DNA from: Candidatus Thorarchaeota archaeon SMTZ1-45
GTDB taxonomy: Archaea > Asgardarchaeota > Thorarchaeia > Thorarchaeales > Thorarchaeaceae
DNA length: 45,099 nucleotides
Direction of reading: 5' to 3'
Assembly (NCBI GenBank): GCA_001563335.1
Contig: LRSL01000063.1
Coordinates: forward strand, 1 to 45,099
Position numbers and translations under genes: made by a program. Shown in pieces: positions 19,392-28,657 of the stretch; positions within the stretch are counted from its first letter, which is position 1, and each line of letters starts with the position of its first letter. The notes beneath the pieces are model-generated. The model was not told the origin of the DNA and did not search any database. It saw nothing but the letters and a program-made list of their open reading frames with translations.

Positions 19392-19993
19392 AAATGGAGA
19401 ATGAACTCCTGCTGGAGGCAAAAGCACTCTATAAAGATAGGATTAGGATTGCCCTTTCAGCGTTTATCATTCTGTTCTCGATAGCCTTCTTCATTTACTA
19501 TACAACAGGTATAGCAGGTTTGGGTACAATACCACGTGGACTACCTGGAGTTTCTCAAGGTCTTGAGGTAGTAGCAGCTTTCAACAATGTTGGATTACTA
19601 GTTGCTGTTGCACTGATGGTTCTAGTATTTCGTTTCTGGTCTTGGGCATTCCTTCCAGGACCTGCCTCATTATTTACTACATCCGTTCTCAGAGGAATTC
19701 TCGGACCTAATGTGATCATAAAGCAGTTTATTGGAAAGCGTTTCGAAGTTACACTTGACACTGGACAAATATTCAACGTCAATTGTCACATCCAAGAGAA
19801 AGGGACAGATGATTGGTTTTCATACCGTCTCGTATCGTCAAAGCTGCAGAATGGAGACCTCAAAAACGTTGCATTACGTCATGGATTCTCGTTCAAGAAT
19901 GACCGTTTCATTGCTAGTATCAGTAATGATGAGTTGCATCATAGAACACTCTTGATGGCAAAAGCCTTGATGATTGCTGGTGGATATGTCTAG
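19388..19993 (+). CDS. Membrane protein (2 TM plus soluble C-terminal domain)
   Basis: GTGA overlap with the upstream stop; two hydrophobic segments. Confidence 0.7.
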   Translation: MKMENELLLEAKALYKDRIRIALSAFIILFSIAFFIYYTTGIAGLGTIPRGLPGVSQGLEVVAAFNNVGLLVAVALMVLVFRFWSWAFLPGPASLFTTSVLRGILGPNVIIKQFIGKRFEVTLDTGQIFNVNCHIQEKGTDDWFSYRLVSSKLQNGDLKNVALRHGFSFKNDRFIASISNDELHHRTLLMAKALMIAGGYV

Positions 19994-20160
19994 TTCTGTG
20001 GGTGTCTCAATGCTCTAGGTGTTTTCTGTTTCTTCTTCCTGGCAAAATTATCAATGTCCGTCATCCATCGAGTCAGCATCATTGGATGTGCTCTATATCT
20101 AGCGGGTATAGTATGTCCTAGAGGTGAAATCTTCTTTTTCTTTCTCCGCTTAACGACCAT
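19990..20160 (-). CDS. Small highly basic protein (56 aa), absent from the ORF track
   Basis: MVVKRRKKKKISPLGHTIPARYRAHPMMLTRWMTDIDNFARKKKQKTPRALRHPQN; ATG start; stop shares CTAG with the convergent gene; fills an otherwise empty gap. Confidence 0.55.
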   Translation of the reverse strand: MVVKRRKKKKISPLGHTIPARYRAHPMMLTRWMTDIDNFARKKKQKTPRALRHPQN

Positions 20161-20268
20161 TTCCTATCGATTATACTTTCGCATGAAGATGAATCAATCT
20201 TTCGTCATAAACAACTACATTCAGGAAATTTATTTCTATAATCAGCCAATTCATAGACTGAGAAAATT

Positions 20269-20661
20269 ATGGTAATGCGCATAAAACGGACAATAGATAT
20301 TGCAATGAGTAATTACACTGAGATTTCTGGTTATTGCGTTTTCACATATGAGGGTATGGTTGCTTATGCCAGCGAGAACATGGATATTGCTGAGGAGATT
20401 GGCACCATCATCCAAGCATGGAATGGTCATCTTCAAAGTTTCACACTAAAGAACATAGCATTTCTCAGAGCATTGGCAACAGAACAAGGTTTTGTGGCAA
20501 TCAATCCAGATGGGGCTGTAAGCTTAATTTGTGGTACAGGTAAGGGAGTCTGGTTTGTTTCTGTGTTTACAAGAATGGATGTTGATAAAGAGGGAATCCT
20601 GCGTGAATGTATTCAAGCAGCAAAGAATCTTGAAACTTCTGTTTCAATCTTTGATATTTGA
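20269..20661 (+). CDS. Profilin-like protein (Asgard type, divergent)
   Basis: 130 aa; ISGYCVFTYEGMVAYASENMDI...IQAW...SFTLKNIAF...ATEQGFVAINPDG follows the Asgard profilin pattern (G..I..xG.....ENW.I...W..S....G.KY.....E......N..G). Confidence 0.7.
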   Translation: MVMRIKRTIDIAMSNYTEISGYCVFTYEGMVAYASENMDIAEEIGTIIQAWNGHLQSFTLKNIAFLRALATEQGFVAINPDGAVSLICGTGKGVWFVSVFTRMDVDKEGILRECIQAAKNLETSVSIFDI

Positions 20662-20664
20662 ACC

Positions 20665-21105
20665 TCATTTGTCCATAATTGGTTTTTGCTCCGCAATGAT
20701 TCTGGAAAAGTATGCCATAATAGCACCAATCCATCCTAATGACTGTTGAAGTTGATGGATCATATCCATAACAAATACTCCTGCTGTCGCCATTTGAACC
20801 ATTGTCATTAGCAATCCGATAACACCAATGATTATTCCTGCTGAAATTAGAATTCTACCAAACCAGACCTTTTCAGTAGTAAGGATTATTCCACCAAAAA
20901 TTGCTAAAATGCCCCCTAGAGCTGCCCAAGCAGCAAGCCCAGCCATAAAATTCTCAAAAGTTTCAAAGAATTCTAATCCAAATATATACTGTAGGATTTC
21001 GGACAACTCTCCAATAACACCGATTGTTCCACTAACTCCAGACAGAATCATTAGAGTACCGCCTGTGAAACAGAGGATCATGGGGTTGCGATTATGAAGG
21101 GTCAT
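20665..21105 (-). CDS. Membrane protein (4 TM)
   Basis: Four Gly-rich hydrophobic segments; ATG at 21105 preferred. Confidence 0.7.
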   Translation of the reverse strand: MTLHNRNPMILCFTGGTLMILSGVSGTIGVIGELSEILQYIFGLEFFETFENFMAGLAAWAALGGILAIFGGIILTTEKVWFGRILISAGIIIGVIGLLMTMVQMATAGVFVMDMIHQLQQSLGWIGAIMAYFSRIIAEQKPIMDK

Positions 21106-21289
21106 ATCAAGCTCATTTGCTAAATATCTTTGATTTAAAGATAACTTCTTCATACAACATCTGAAATTATTACATGCAAATCAGAATAATATGTCAATCT
21201 TCTGGATTTTTTAAGAGATTAGTCAATGGCTACAAAAGAAGTAGCCATTGCGTTCTCATTTTAGGATGAGAAACTCTGCTTGTAATCAA

Positions 21290-21454
21290 TCATAGCGCAA
21301 AATATAGGATTACTATACCAGCTCCATAGATCAAATGAAAAATGTGAATGTAGATCCTATTCAGGTTCGGAGAGTATCGCTTCACTAGTCCTCCACCAAT
21401 TGCACAGAGAAAGATGGATACTAATAAGACCGCGATTAATGTTTCTAGATTCAT
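21290..21454 (-). CDS. Small 2-TM membrane peptide
   Basis: MNLETLIAVLLVSIFLC...; GGAGAGG upstream. Confidence 0.5.
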   Translation of the reverse strand: MNLETLIAVLLVSIFLCAIGGGLVKRYSPNLNRIYIHIFHLIYGAGIVILYFAL

Positions 21455-21459
21455 CACGT

Positions 21460-21729
21460 CTATTTCCTCTCCTTTGCTTTCAATTGGAGCCATCTATGGA
21501 TAGATAGAAGGACAACTACAGCTAGGCCATGTATGAATACCAAGATTGGAATAGATATTTCAATAGATGTTAGCTTGATAAGTTCAGAAGCCACGGTGCA
21601 GATTAAAATTGACACTAATAGTAACGCCAATGCTCTCTTGACTGAGTGACCTGATGAATAGTCATCAGGATTTGTTGGAATTATGATTCTTTGATTATTC
21701 AATATTCGATTCACCTTAATTACTAGCAT
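21460..21729 (-). CDS. Small 2-TM membrane peptide, probable paralog of the downstream one (start uncertain)
   Basis: LLVSILIC vs LLVSIFLC and the same hydropathy layout; the first ~30 aa look non-coding. Confidence 0.45.
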   Translation of the reverse strand: MLVIKVNRILNNQRIIIPTNPDDYSSGHSVKRALALLLVSILICTVASELIKLTSIEISIPILVFIHGLAVVVLLSIHRWLQLKAKERK

Positions 21730-21851
21730 CCAAAAGAAATAGAAGAAACATTGGCAAGAGTGTTATGCAGAAATTCAGATAGAATTAAAGAAATTCTTGC
21801 TATTTATGAAGCAGTGTCTTCAGATATTGAAAAAAAAATGAGCGACCTCTC

Positions 21852-22772
21852 ATGGATACTTCCGATCGATTAATACTTGGCGAGCTAGCGAATCGGTGTA
21901 GAATTTCTTTCTCAAAGATAGCAGAGAAGTACGAAGTTTCATTGAATACTATAAAAAATCGAATTGAAGCCCTTGTGGAAATGGGTGTTATTTCTAATTT
22001 CGTTGTAGAATTACCTCTGGAGAAATTGAATGCAAGCTTCGCAATAATTATTCTTGACATAAAGACGGACACTAGCAAAGACCAACTGATCTCTCTAGGA
22101 AGAAATTCTTTCATAATGGCTTTGGGACTGGGGTATGAATTGCAAGGATTTGCAATAGTAGTTTATAGGACTAATGCAGAACTTGTTGAAGCAATAGATT
22201 TTCTTCAATCATCCAATCTAGTGACACAAGCGCGAGCCATGCCTTTGATTGCTCCACCATCCACTGTTGATACAACATCAATCAAAGGCATAGACACTTT
22301 GAAAAAAATTGACTGGAAGATACTGAAATCACTTCAATGGAATGGCCGCAAACCACTTGGCGAAATTGCATCAGATGTAGGAGTTTCAGTACCTACAGTC
22401 AGAAAACGACTTGCTTACATGAGAAAACACAATCTAATCCACGAAACTATTCAAGTAAATCCAGCAGCAAGTGAGCATGACCTTGTGGTAATGCTACTTG
22501 TCAGAAGCCCTGCTGCTGCTCATGAGTACTATAAATTAGATGGTCGATTTCGAGAACAATGGCCTGAAAACTACTGGATATTTTATAGATCAGCAAACAA
22601 TATGGAGTTGATGGTGACATTCGTTGTTGAGTCATCGAAAAAGGTGGCTTCTCTTAGAAGTGAGATGACAAAGGTGCTTGAGGATAGTGAGATTATCAAT
22701 CAGGTCATTGTGCCAGAGTGGTTGTTCTTTCCAGACTTCAGAGATGAGATGATAGATACACATGTAGAATGA
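21852..22772 (+). CDS. Lrp/AsnC family regulator with duplicated wHTH-RAM modules
   Basis: DTSDRLILGELANRCRISFSKIA... and IDWKILKSLQWNGRKPLGEIASDVGVSVPTVRKRL. Confidence 0.88.
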   Translation: MDTSDRLILGELANRCRISFSKIAEKYEVSLNTIKNRIEALVEMGVISNFVVELPLEKLNASFAIIILDIKTDTSKDQLISLGRNSFIMALGLGYELQGFAIVVYRTNAELVEAIDFLQSSNLVTQARAMPLIAPPSTVDTTSIKGIDTLKKIDWKILKSLQWNGRKPLGEIASDVGVSVPTVRKRLAYMRKHNLIHETIQVNPAASEHDLVVMLLVRSPAAAHEYYKLDGRFREQWPENYWIFYRSANNMELMVTFVVESSKKVASLRSEMTKVLEDSEIINQVIVPEWLFFPDFRDEMIDTHVE

Positions 22773-22889
22773 AAGAATTAATTCAATGGAGCGATATCCA
22801 AATGACATGACTTCTCTGAATAGATTCCACTACATTGATTAACTTCCATCTGAATTTGAATTACCACTCTACTCGTGGATGTTGGGAAT

Positions 22890-23621
22890 ATGGAAGACCG
22901 CTATGAACACGAACTGCATTGTTCAAAAGATGTAGATAGATTACTAAGAGAATTCGACAAAGTTTCTAAGCACTTTCAAAAAGCCCTTGAACCCGAAACA
23001 AGCTCAATGCAAATTATTCAGATTGTCCAAGAGAGTAGAGCTGAATATATCAGGTTAATCCCAGATCTTCCTAATATTGGGGGCAGTAAGAATCCGTTCT
23101 ATTACAATCTGATTGGTAGCGCATGGTTACTAGCATTATTCAAAACCCTCGAAAACTTTGGTTTTGAACTTCGTGAGATAGGGAGAATCGGGTATGCTAC
23201 ATTCGAGAATTATATAGATTCCTACTCATCTCTAACAAAATTTTTCTTTCGAACCTTCATGTACTCTAGATTTACTAAGAAAAGAATGCAGGAGTCTGCT
23301 AAAAAATCCCAAGAACATGAGTACCAGGATGATTGGGTATATTCGTTTGTAGAGGGTGTTGATGGTGACTTTGAGTGGGGCGTGGATTTCACAGAGTGTG
23401 CAATCTACAAGTTCTACAAAAAGCAAGGGGCAGAACGTTTTCTCCCATACATTTGCCTTGGAGATTACGCTATGTATAGTAGCTTCGGTGTTGGAATGAA
23501 GCGTAGCAAAACTCTTGGATCTGGGCATAGCCATTGTGATTTCAGATACGTAAAAGGTTACAAGACTCCAAGAGGATGGCCTCCTGAGGATCTTGAGGAA
23601 TTTCAGATAATGGATATCTAG
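22890..23621 (+). CDS. ATC hydrolase-like (L-2-amino-thiazoline-4-carboxylic acid hydrolase family) protein
   Basis: DFTECAIY...ICLGDY...RSKTLGSGHSHCDFR cysteine pattern. Confidence 0.8.
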   Translation: MEDRYEHELHCSKDVDRLLREFDKVSKHFQKALEPETSSMQIIQIVQESRAEYIRLIPDLPNIGGSKNPFYYNLIGSAWLLALFKTLENFGFELREIGRIGYATFENYIDSYSSLTKFFFRTFMYSRFTKKRMQESAKKSQEHEYQDDWVYSFVEGVDGDFEWGVDFTECAIYKFYKKQGAERFLPYICLGDYAMYSSFGVGMKRSKTLGSGHSHCDFRYVKGYKTPRGWPPEDLEEFQIMDI

Positions 23622-23756
23622 AAAACCTCCGGAAAGCTCTCGCACTTTTGATGAATTCTAATTATATCATACGAGGTATTGGGGACTTAACTTAAGTCAG
23701 GAATGTAGTCTAAGATTTTGCTTCAATCCTATAATAAGTAAGGAGGACACAAATTC

Positions 23757-24428
23757 ATGAGCGTGGATTCATCTTGGAAGGGATTGATTAGAGCAGGTGG
23801 GATCTCATTATTAGCAGCAGGAGCAATCGTCATTATATTCATCCTTTCAGTATTCATTTTTCAGGTACAGCTTCCACTCGATGCACAAGGATTCCTTGAT
23901 TACCCCCTACCGCCAACAATTCTTTTCTGCTTGGCTGCCTTTGGGGAGTTTCTCTTGATGCCTGGAGTATTGGCCCTGTACTTCTCTCTCAAGGATATCA
24001 ATAAGAATCAAGTGTTTCTGGGAGCTGCAGTGTGGTTTGAAGCTATACCTATGTTCCTTGTTTCTCGGGGACAAGTAATATCACTCATTACAGTGGCTGG
24101 CAATTATGCAGCTACTGCAGATGTGACTATGAGAGCAGCTTACCTAGCAACGACGCATCTTGCACTCGAAGTGGCGAATGTCTATACTATTATGGCTTTA
24201 GACCTTCTAGGTGTTGGAGCTATCATCATAGGTCTAATAATGGTAAAAGGCGTCTTTATTAAGAAAACAGCCCACATCGTAATACTAGCAGGGATTTTGG
24301 TTGTCATGGGCACCTTTGGAGTCATACTAGAGCCGCTAACGATTGGAACATTGTTTGGATTGATTCTGAATGGTATATGGCAGTTAGTTGTGGGGCTCAA
24401 ACTCTACAAACTTAGTGGAAACACTTAG
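23757..24428 (+). CDS. DUF4386-like membrane protein
   Basis: About 6 TM segments, AGGAGG RBS, family-like layout. Confidence 0.65.
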   Translation: MSVDSSWKGLIRAGGISLLAAGAIVIIFILSVFIFQVQLPLDAQGFLDYPLPPTILFCLAAFGEFLLMPGVLALYFSLKDINKNQVFLGAAVWFEAIPMFLVSRGQVISLITVAGNYAATADVTMRAAYLATTHLALEVANVYTIMALDLLGVGAIIIGLIMVKGVFIKKTAHIVILAGILVVMGTFGVILEPLTIGTLFGLILNGIWQLVVGLKLYKLSGNT

Positions 24429-24553
24429 GAAGATGGAAGACTGTAACCATTCCATCCAACTCTTGGTTCTGGAGGATTCTTGAAATAGAACATGAGTATC
24501 AATGAGCTCAACCCGTGAACCATCAATAGTAGAGCAATAATATTCCATTCTAT

Positions 24554-25111
24554 TCATCTTACCTTCTCAGCTAAATCCCTAGCCCAGTTCCGAATTTCAT
24601 CCCAATTGCGTGTATCGAAGACTCCAGGTGCAACTTCTTTTATTCCAACCTCTTCAAGTTTCATTCTAAATGGACCCATGGTCTTCTTGAAAACGAAACT
24701 CATCTTGTTATAGTCCCAGACACCACCAAACATGCCAAGAGCCACTGGATTGATTGAATACTTCTCCGTCTTCTCAACAAGATACTTCTGCCAGTTTTCC
24801 TCCATTTCTGAAGTCTGACCATCGTACTCTAGAATCGCCTTAGCACCCGATGAAACGAAAATAGCAGTCTTCTTTTCTCGAAAATCTTTTTGGAACTTGT
24901 TCAGGAATTTATCTGATTCTTTACACCATCTGAACATCTGCATACCCGCACCGACGAGAACAAGATCATATTCAGAGATATCCTTCAACTTCTCCTTCTT
25001 TGTATTAACAACTCGAACATCAAATCCTTCATCGCGGAGCACAGTTGCAATCTCTTCAGAAGTAGACTCAGTCGCACCATAACGAGTGCAAAAAGCAATT
25101 AATGTCTTCAA
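24554..25111 (-). CDS. Long-chain flavodoxin (HemG-like, flavodoxin_5)
   Basis: TRYGATES FMN loop, YDLVLVG, DTRNWDEIRNWA. Confidence 0.85.
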   Translation of the reverse strand: MKTLIAFCTRYGATESTSEEIATVLRDEGFDVRVVNTKKEKLKDISEYDLVLVGAGMQMFRWCKESDKFLNKFQKDFREKKTAIFVSSGAKAILEYDGQTSEMEENWQKYLVEKTEKYSINPVALGMFGGVWDYNKMSFVFKKTMGPFRMKLEEVGIKEVAPGVFDTRNWDEIRNWARDLAEKVR

Positions 25112-25207
25112 ACTCGCTTCCTCAGGAGTAACAAAATCAAACCGACTATTAATTAGATACTCTTAATGAAAAAAGTGAAGGAGTGTACTTAGCTCTATTA
25201 AAATAAA

Positions 25208-25288
25208 TCACCTTCTTTTCACGAAGATGACAATCACAACGAGAACAACTGCAAAACCACCCACTGCTAACCAGACATATAGATCTCT
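25208..25288 (-). pseudogene. Remnant C-terminal membrane anchor of a lost surface protein
   Basis: Minus frame RDLYVWLAVGGFAVVLVVIVIFVKRR*, preceded closely by an in-frame stop. Confidence 0.5.
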
Positions 25289-25347
25289 GCAGATAGGTCA
25301 ATAGAGAGGAAGAATCCATAGTATCTTTGAAACCTGACAACACTGGC

Positions 25348-25605
25348 CTATCTTTGGTTAATGATTGTTGATTTCTTTGCAAGAGTTACTAATATTACTA
25401 GTGCGAAAATTGAGATGACAACAGCTATCGGGAGAAGAAGTGGAAACGGCGTTGGTGTTATGATGAGGTCTGTAAATTCTGAACCCTCTTTCACATATTC
25501 AATATTCCCACCGATCATTGTCAGATACACCTCTAGATCCTTCAACTCATCAGCATGGACATCCAGGGGTGAATCCGAAAGGACAATAAGATCAGCAAAC
25601 TTTAC
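25348..25605 (-). pseudogene. 3' fragment of a membrane-anchored amidohydrolase-3 (YtcJ-like) gene
   Basis: KFADLIVLSDSPLDVHADELKDLEVYLTMIGGNIEY matches the family C-terminal motif, then TM and KK; cut off at a (CA)6 tract with no catalytic domain. Confidence 0.75.
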
Positions 25606-25617
25606 TCACACACACAC

Positions 25618-25722
25618 AGCCGAGAGAGTCCAGAAGCTGTGTCATGGATATGACAACACTGTGAACTAGAGTATGTCCGGAGCTTCGACATAAAGTTTCC
25701 GCCACTCAAGATGGACTAGGTC
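25618..25722. repeat. Direct repeat copy 1 (105 bp, about 85% identical to 27075-27179)
   Basis: Ungapped manual alignment, 16 mismatches; shared core gatatgacaacactgtgaactagagtatg. Confidence 0.92.
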
Positions 25723-25796
25723 AGTATACATTTCCTGTTCAAGGCTATGAAGTTCGCAAGAGGTGAGTTAAGAAGAATCGACTAAGTTTGGGTCGA

Positions 25797-27017
25797 TCAT
25801 CTCCTTCTAGTCTTATGAAAAAGGTATAATGCTAGAACAAAGAAAGTAGCTCCAGTTGTTACCAGTAGTGTAGTCCAGAGGGGATCGAACCATGATGCTG
25901 AACTTGTATCATCTTGAATTGCTGCCAATATCCAGGATTTAAGGAGACCTTCATGAGGATAGTCAACATACTGTTGAATACTAGATGAGAAAACTACTAC
26001 CAAATCTTGTTTCGGTACAACGAAAATGTATTGACCATATAGCCCAAGGGCATAATAGTATTCTTGTGCGGGGTTGGTCCACCATAGATAGCCATATCCG
26101 CTTTCTGCGTTGAATTGAATGAAGGTACTCGTGGATTTCTTAACCCAATCATGTGAGATGATCTGCTTGCCATCCCAAGTTCCGTTATTGAGATAGAGGT
26201 ACCCGAACTTTGCGGCATCCCGAGAGCTGATAGAAAGGTTGAAGCCGCCAATTGTCACACCTATTGCATCACTAGACCAGAAAACATCCGTTATGCCCAG
26301 TGAGCTAAATAGATGCTCATGAGCGAATTCGAGAGCGGTTAGACCGGTTGCTTGCTGTATTATAGAAGAGAGAAGATGCGCCACCCCTGAACTGTAATGG
26401 AATACCTCTCCAGGTTCTGACACCATATCTAGTTCAAGAACATATTGAGTACCGTCACTGGGGATCAAATCGTAGGAGTTAATTCCTTCTTCCCAAAATA
26501 ACCCAGAATGCATTGTGAGTAAATGCTCTAGAGTTATGAGTTCCTTACGCTCATCCCAGTTAGAGATGCTCCGGTTGGGAAAGAAAGATAGGACCCTCTG
26601 ACTGACGTTGTCGATGTAGCCTTTGTCGATAGCTATTCCAAAAAGACAGGAAACAAAACTCTTTGTCACACTATACCAGAAAGGGGTACTGTTCTCATTC
26701 TGATTGGAAGTCGGATACTCTTCGAATACTTTGTAGCCATGCCGAATCACAATGACTGAATCAATGTTTATACTGTTTTCATCTATATAATCAACCATAT
26801 TCCGGAGTTGCGTAGAATCCATACCTTGTTCTTCAGGAGTCGTATTTCGCCATCCATCTGTCGGCCAATAGTTTCTGACTGTGCTTGAGGGCTTGGCGGT
26901 ATACACTGAATCTGTGATACTATTGCTGAAACTTATATTGCTGACAAACAGAATCAGAATCATTAGAATAATAGCTGAGACTTTTGGTGATTCTGCTCTC
27001 AGTCTATTCTCTCTCAT
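25797..27017 (-). CDS. Secreted, membrane-anchored serine hydrolase (beta-lactamase class C / NylB-like)
   Basis: N-terminal signal, SVTK (SxxK), HLLTMHSG, YSS, YGYLWW, ALGLYGQ; C-terminal TM and RRR. Confidence 0.9.
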   Translation of the reverse strand: MRENRLRAESPKVSAIILMILILFVSNISFSNSITDSVYTAKPSSTVRNYWPTDGWRNTTPEEQGMDSTQLRNMVDYIDENSINIDSVIVIRHGYKVFEEYPTSNQNENSTPFWYSVTKSFVSCLFGIAIDKGYIDNVSQRVLSFFPNRSISNWDERKELITLEHLLTMHSGLFWEEGINSYDLIPSDGTQYVLELDMVSEPGEVFHYSSGVAHLLSSIIQQATGLTALEFAHEHLFSSLGITDVFWSSDAIGVTIGGFNLSISSRDAAKFGYLYLNNGTWDGKQIISHDWVKKSTSTFIQFNAESGYGYLWWTNPAQEYYYALGLYGQYIFVVPKQDLVVVFSSSIQQYVDYPHEGLLKSWILAAIQDDTSSASWFDPLWTTLLVTTGATFFVLALYLFHKTRRR

Positions 27018-27074
27018 TCATTCTCCTCTCCTACTAGTGTTGAAATGCAAGAAATCACTACCTTCTCTCAGATT

Positions 27075-27179
27075 AGCTGAGAGAGTCTTGAAGTTATGTC
27101 ATAGATATGACAACACTGTGAACTAGAGTATGCATGGAGCTTCGACATAAGGTTTCCGCAACGCGAAATGGACTGAGTC
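27075..27179. repeat. Direct repeat copy 2, upstream of the serine hydrolase
   Basis: Matches copy 1; contains palindrome TGTCATA-GA-TATGACA (27097-27112) and minus-strand CGGAAACCTTATGT (BRE/TATA-like). Confidence 0.92.
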
Positions 27180-27473
27180 GTGATAGAATTCGGTTAGTTT
27201 GCGGGTATTATCGAAAGCCCTAACAATTGAACCAGCGTTTCTAAGAATGGCGCAGCAAAAAACCGAGAGTAGAATCAGGGGTGCGAAGCCTATCTCGAGA
27301 AGAAAGAGATCGAAAGAATAGCGCATTTCTTGAAACGGCCCCACGCGATTCGACTGTCTGACCTCAGAACTCCCTTTTATTTCATGTTTCTCCTGTCTGC
27401 AAGTGGAATAGTTGTAATCGAATGGTCAGATTTTTGAGCAGGTCATCTAACTAGAGAGACTGAGAGAGAAGTC

Positions 27474-28211
27474 ATGTCTGTGAACTATGAAGAGGCTGGA
27501 GATCCTGCTACGAGGACCATAATATTTGTGCATGGAGCTGGAGGTTCATCTGCCACCTGGTTTATGCAATTAAGAGGTCTATCATCTGATTACCATGTGG
27601 TAGCAGTTGAGCTCAATGGTCATGGGAAAACACCAGATCGGAAAGAAGAGGATGTCCTCCACTCTTACCTCCGTGATGTACATGAGGTTGTCACAAAGTT
27701 CAACAAACCCTTTCTTGGTGGCCATAGTATGGGTGGTGCACTTGCACAACTTTATGCGTTAAACCATTCAGAAAATATTAGTGGAATCATCTTAGTTGGA
27801 ACAGGCGCAAAACTGAGGGTCACCCCGATTGTATTCAATCTCCTCGATAATGACTTTGAGGGGTATGTCGAAGCTGTTGGGAATTTTATGTTTCATGAAG
27901 ATACATCAGATGAAATGATAGAAGCATCTAAACATGAGGTGCGCAAATGTCCTGTGCAAATTATTCGTAGAGATTTCGAATTATGTGACAAGTTCGATAT
28001 CATGGAGGAAGTAAAAGGAATCAAAAAACCTACTCTGATTCTTGTTGGTGAAGGTGATGTGATGACTCCAGTCAAATATTCCCAATATCTCAAAGATAAG
28101 ATTGAAGGATCAATCATGCAGGTTATTGAAGGCGCAGGACATAGTGTAATGCTTGAACAGTTTGGTGTCTTTAACGAACTTGTGGCTAATTGGGTAAAAA
28201 GAATCAATTAG
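27474..28211 (+). CDS. Alpha/beta hydrolase
   Basis: HGAGG, GHSMGG nucleophile elbow, GEGD, AGH. Confidence 0.92.
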   Translation: MSVNYEEAGDPATRTIIFVHGAGGSSATWFMQLRGLSSDYHVVAVELNGHGKTPDRKEEDVLHSYLRDVHEVVTKFNKPFLGGHSMGGALAQLYALNHSENISGIILVGTGAKLRVTPIVFNLLDNDFEGYVEAVGNFMFHEDTSDEMIEASKHEVRKCPVQIIRRDFELCDKFDIMEEVKGIKKPTLILVGEGDVMTPVKYSQYLKDKIEGSIMQVIEGAGHSVMLEQFGVFNELVANWVKRIN

Positions 28212-28657
28212 AGATTTATGAGTCTTCGATCTCTACGTTTCTTCTCAACAGCTGCAACAAGGCTTGTCCTATCAAAATAGACTTCATTCCTTGTAATCTT
28301 TTCATTCTCTATCTCAACAATATCCAAGCCAATTTCATGGATTGTTTCTTGACCTACAGGAATAGTACATTCCCACTTCACAATAGTACCTTTTTCTATA
28401 GGAAATACCTCAATTGGTTTCCAAGTCCAATCTCGATAGACATCAAGAAGTCGTTCAAAATACCTGCCAATCTCTTTGTGACCTTTGAGACCATCTCTGT
28501 TTGCAGGATCGATGTAAAGAGCTTCTTCGTGATAGTATTGTAAGAGTTCCTCTGGATTGTTACCAGTCCATGCGGCAAGCCAATCTTTGCAAAATGAAAA
28601 TAGTTCGTTCTTGTTCATCTTTATCACATCGAGCACCAGAGTTGGTATATCATTCAC
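28208..28657 (-). CDS. SnoaL/NTF2-like domain protein
   Basis: WLAAW..Y.EEALYIDP..GHKEI..GLDIVEIENEKITRNEVYFD. Confidence 0.85.
   Translation of the reverse strand: MNDIPTLVLDVIKMNKNELFSFCKDWLAAWTGNNPEELLQYYHEEALYIDPANRDGLKGHKEIGRYFERLLDVYRDWTWKPIEVFPIEKGTIVKWECTIPVGQETIHEIGLDIVEIENEKITRNEVYFDRTSLVAAVEKKRRDRRLINL

Noticed and set aside
20054-20275. 73-aa + strand ORF in the track
   Set aside because: No recognisable features and it runs through the probable promoter; the opposite-strand 56-aa ORF fits the gap better
25797-27017. Antibiotic-resistance beta-lactamase
   Set aside because: Has YSS and LG in place of the YxN and KTG motifs; closer to NylB-like esterases/amidases
25618-27179. 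Repeat pair as a CRISPR array or IS ends
   Set aside because: Only two 105-bp copies in direct orientation 1.4 kb apart; no spacers, cas genes or transposase
25361-27344. ORFs 25361..25669, 26881..27126 (shared C-terminus CHxYDNTVN) and 27123..27344
   Set aside because: The shared ending only reflects reading through the DNA repeat; the first two are antisense to better-supported genes and the third has no coding features
27336-27353. cggccccacgcgattcga resembling the reverse complement of a tRNA 3' end (possible att remnant)
   Set aside because: No matching 5' T-stem strand, no cloverleaf and no integrase nearby; too short to support
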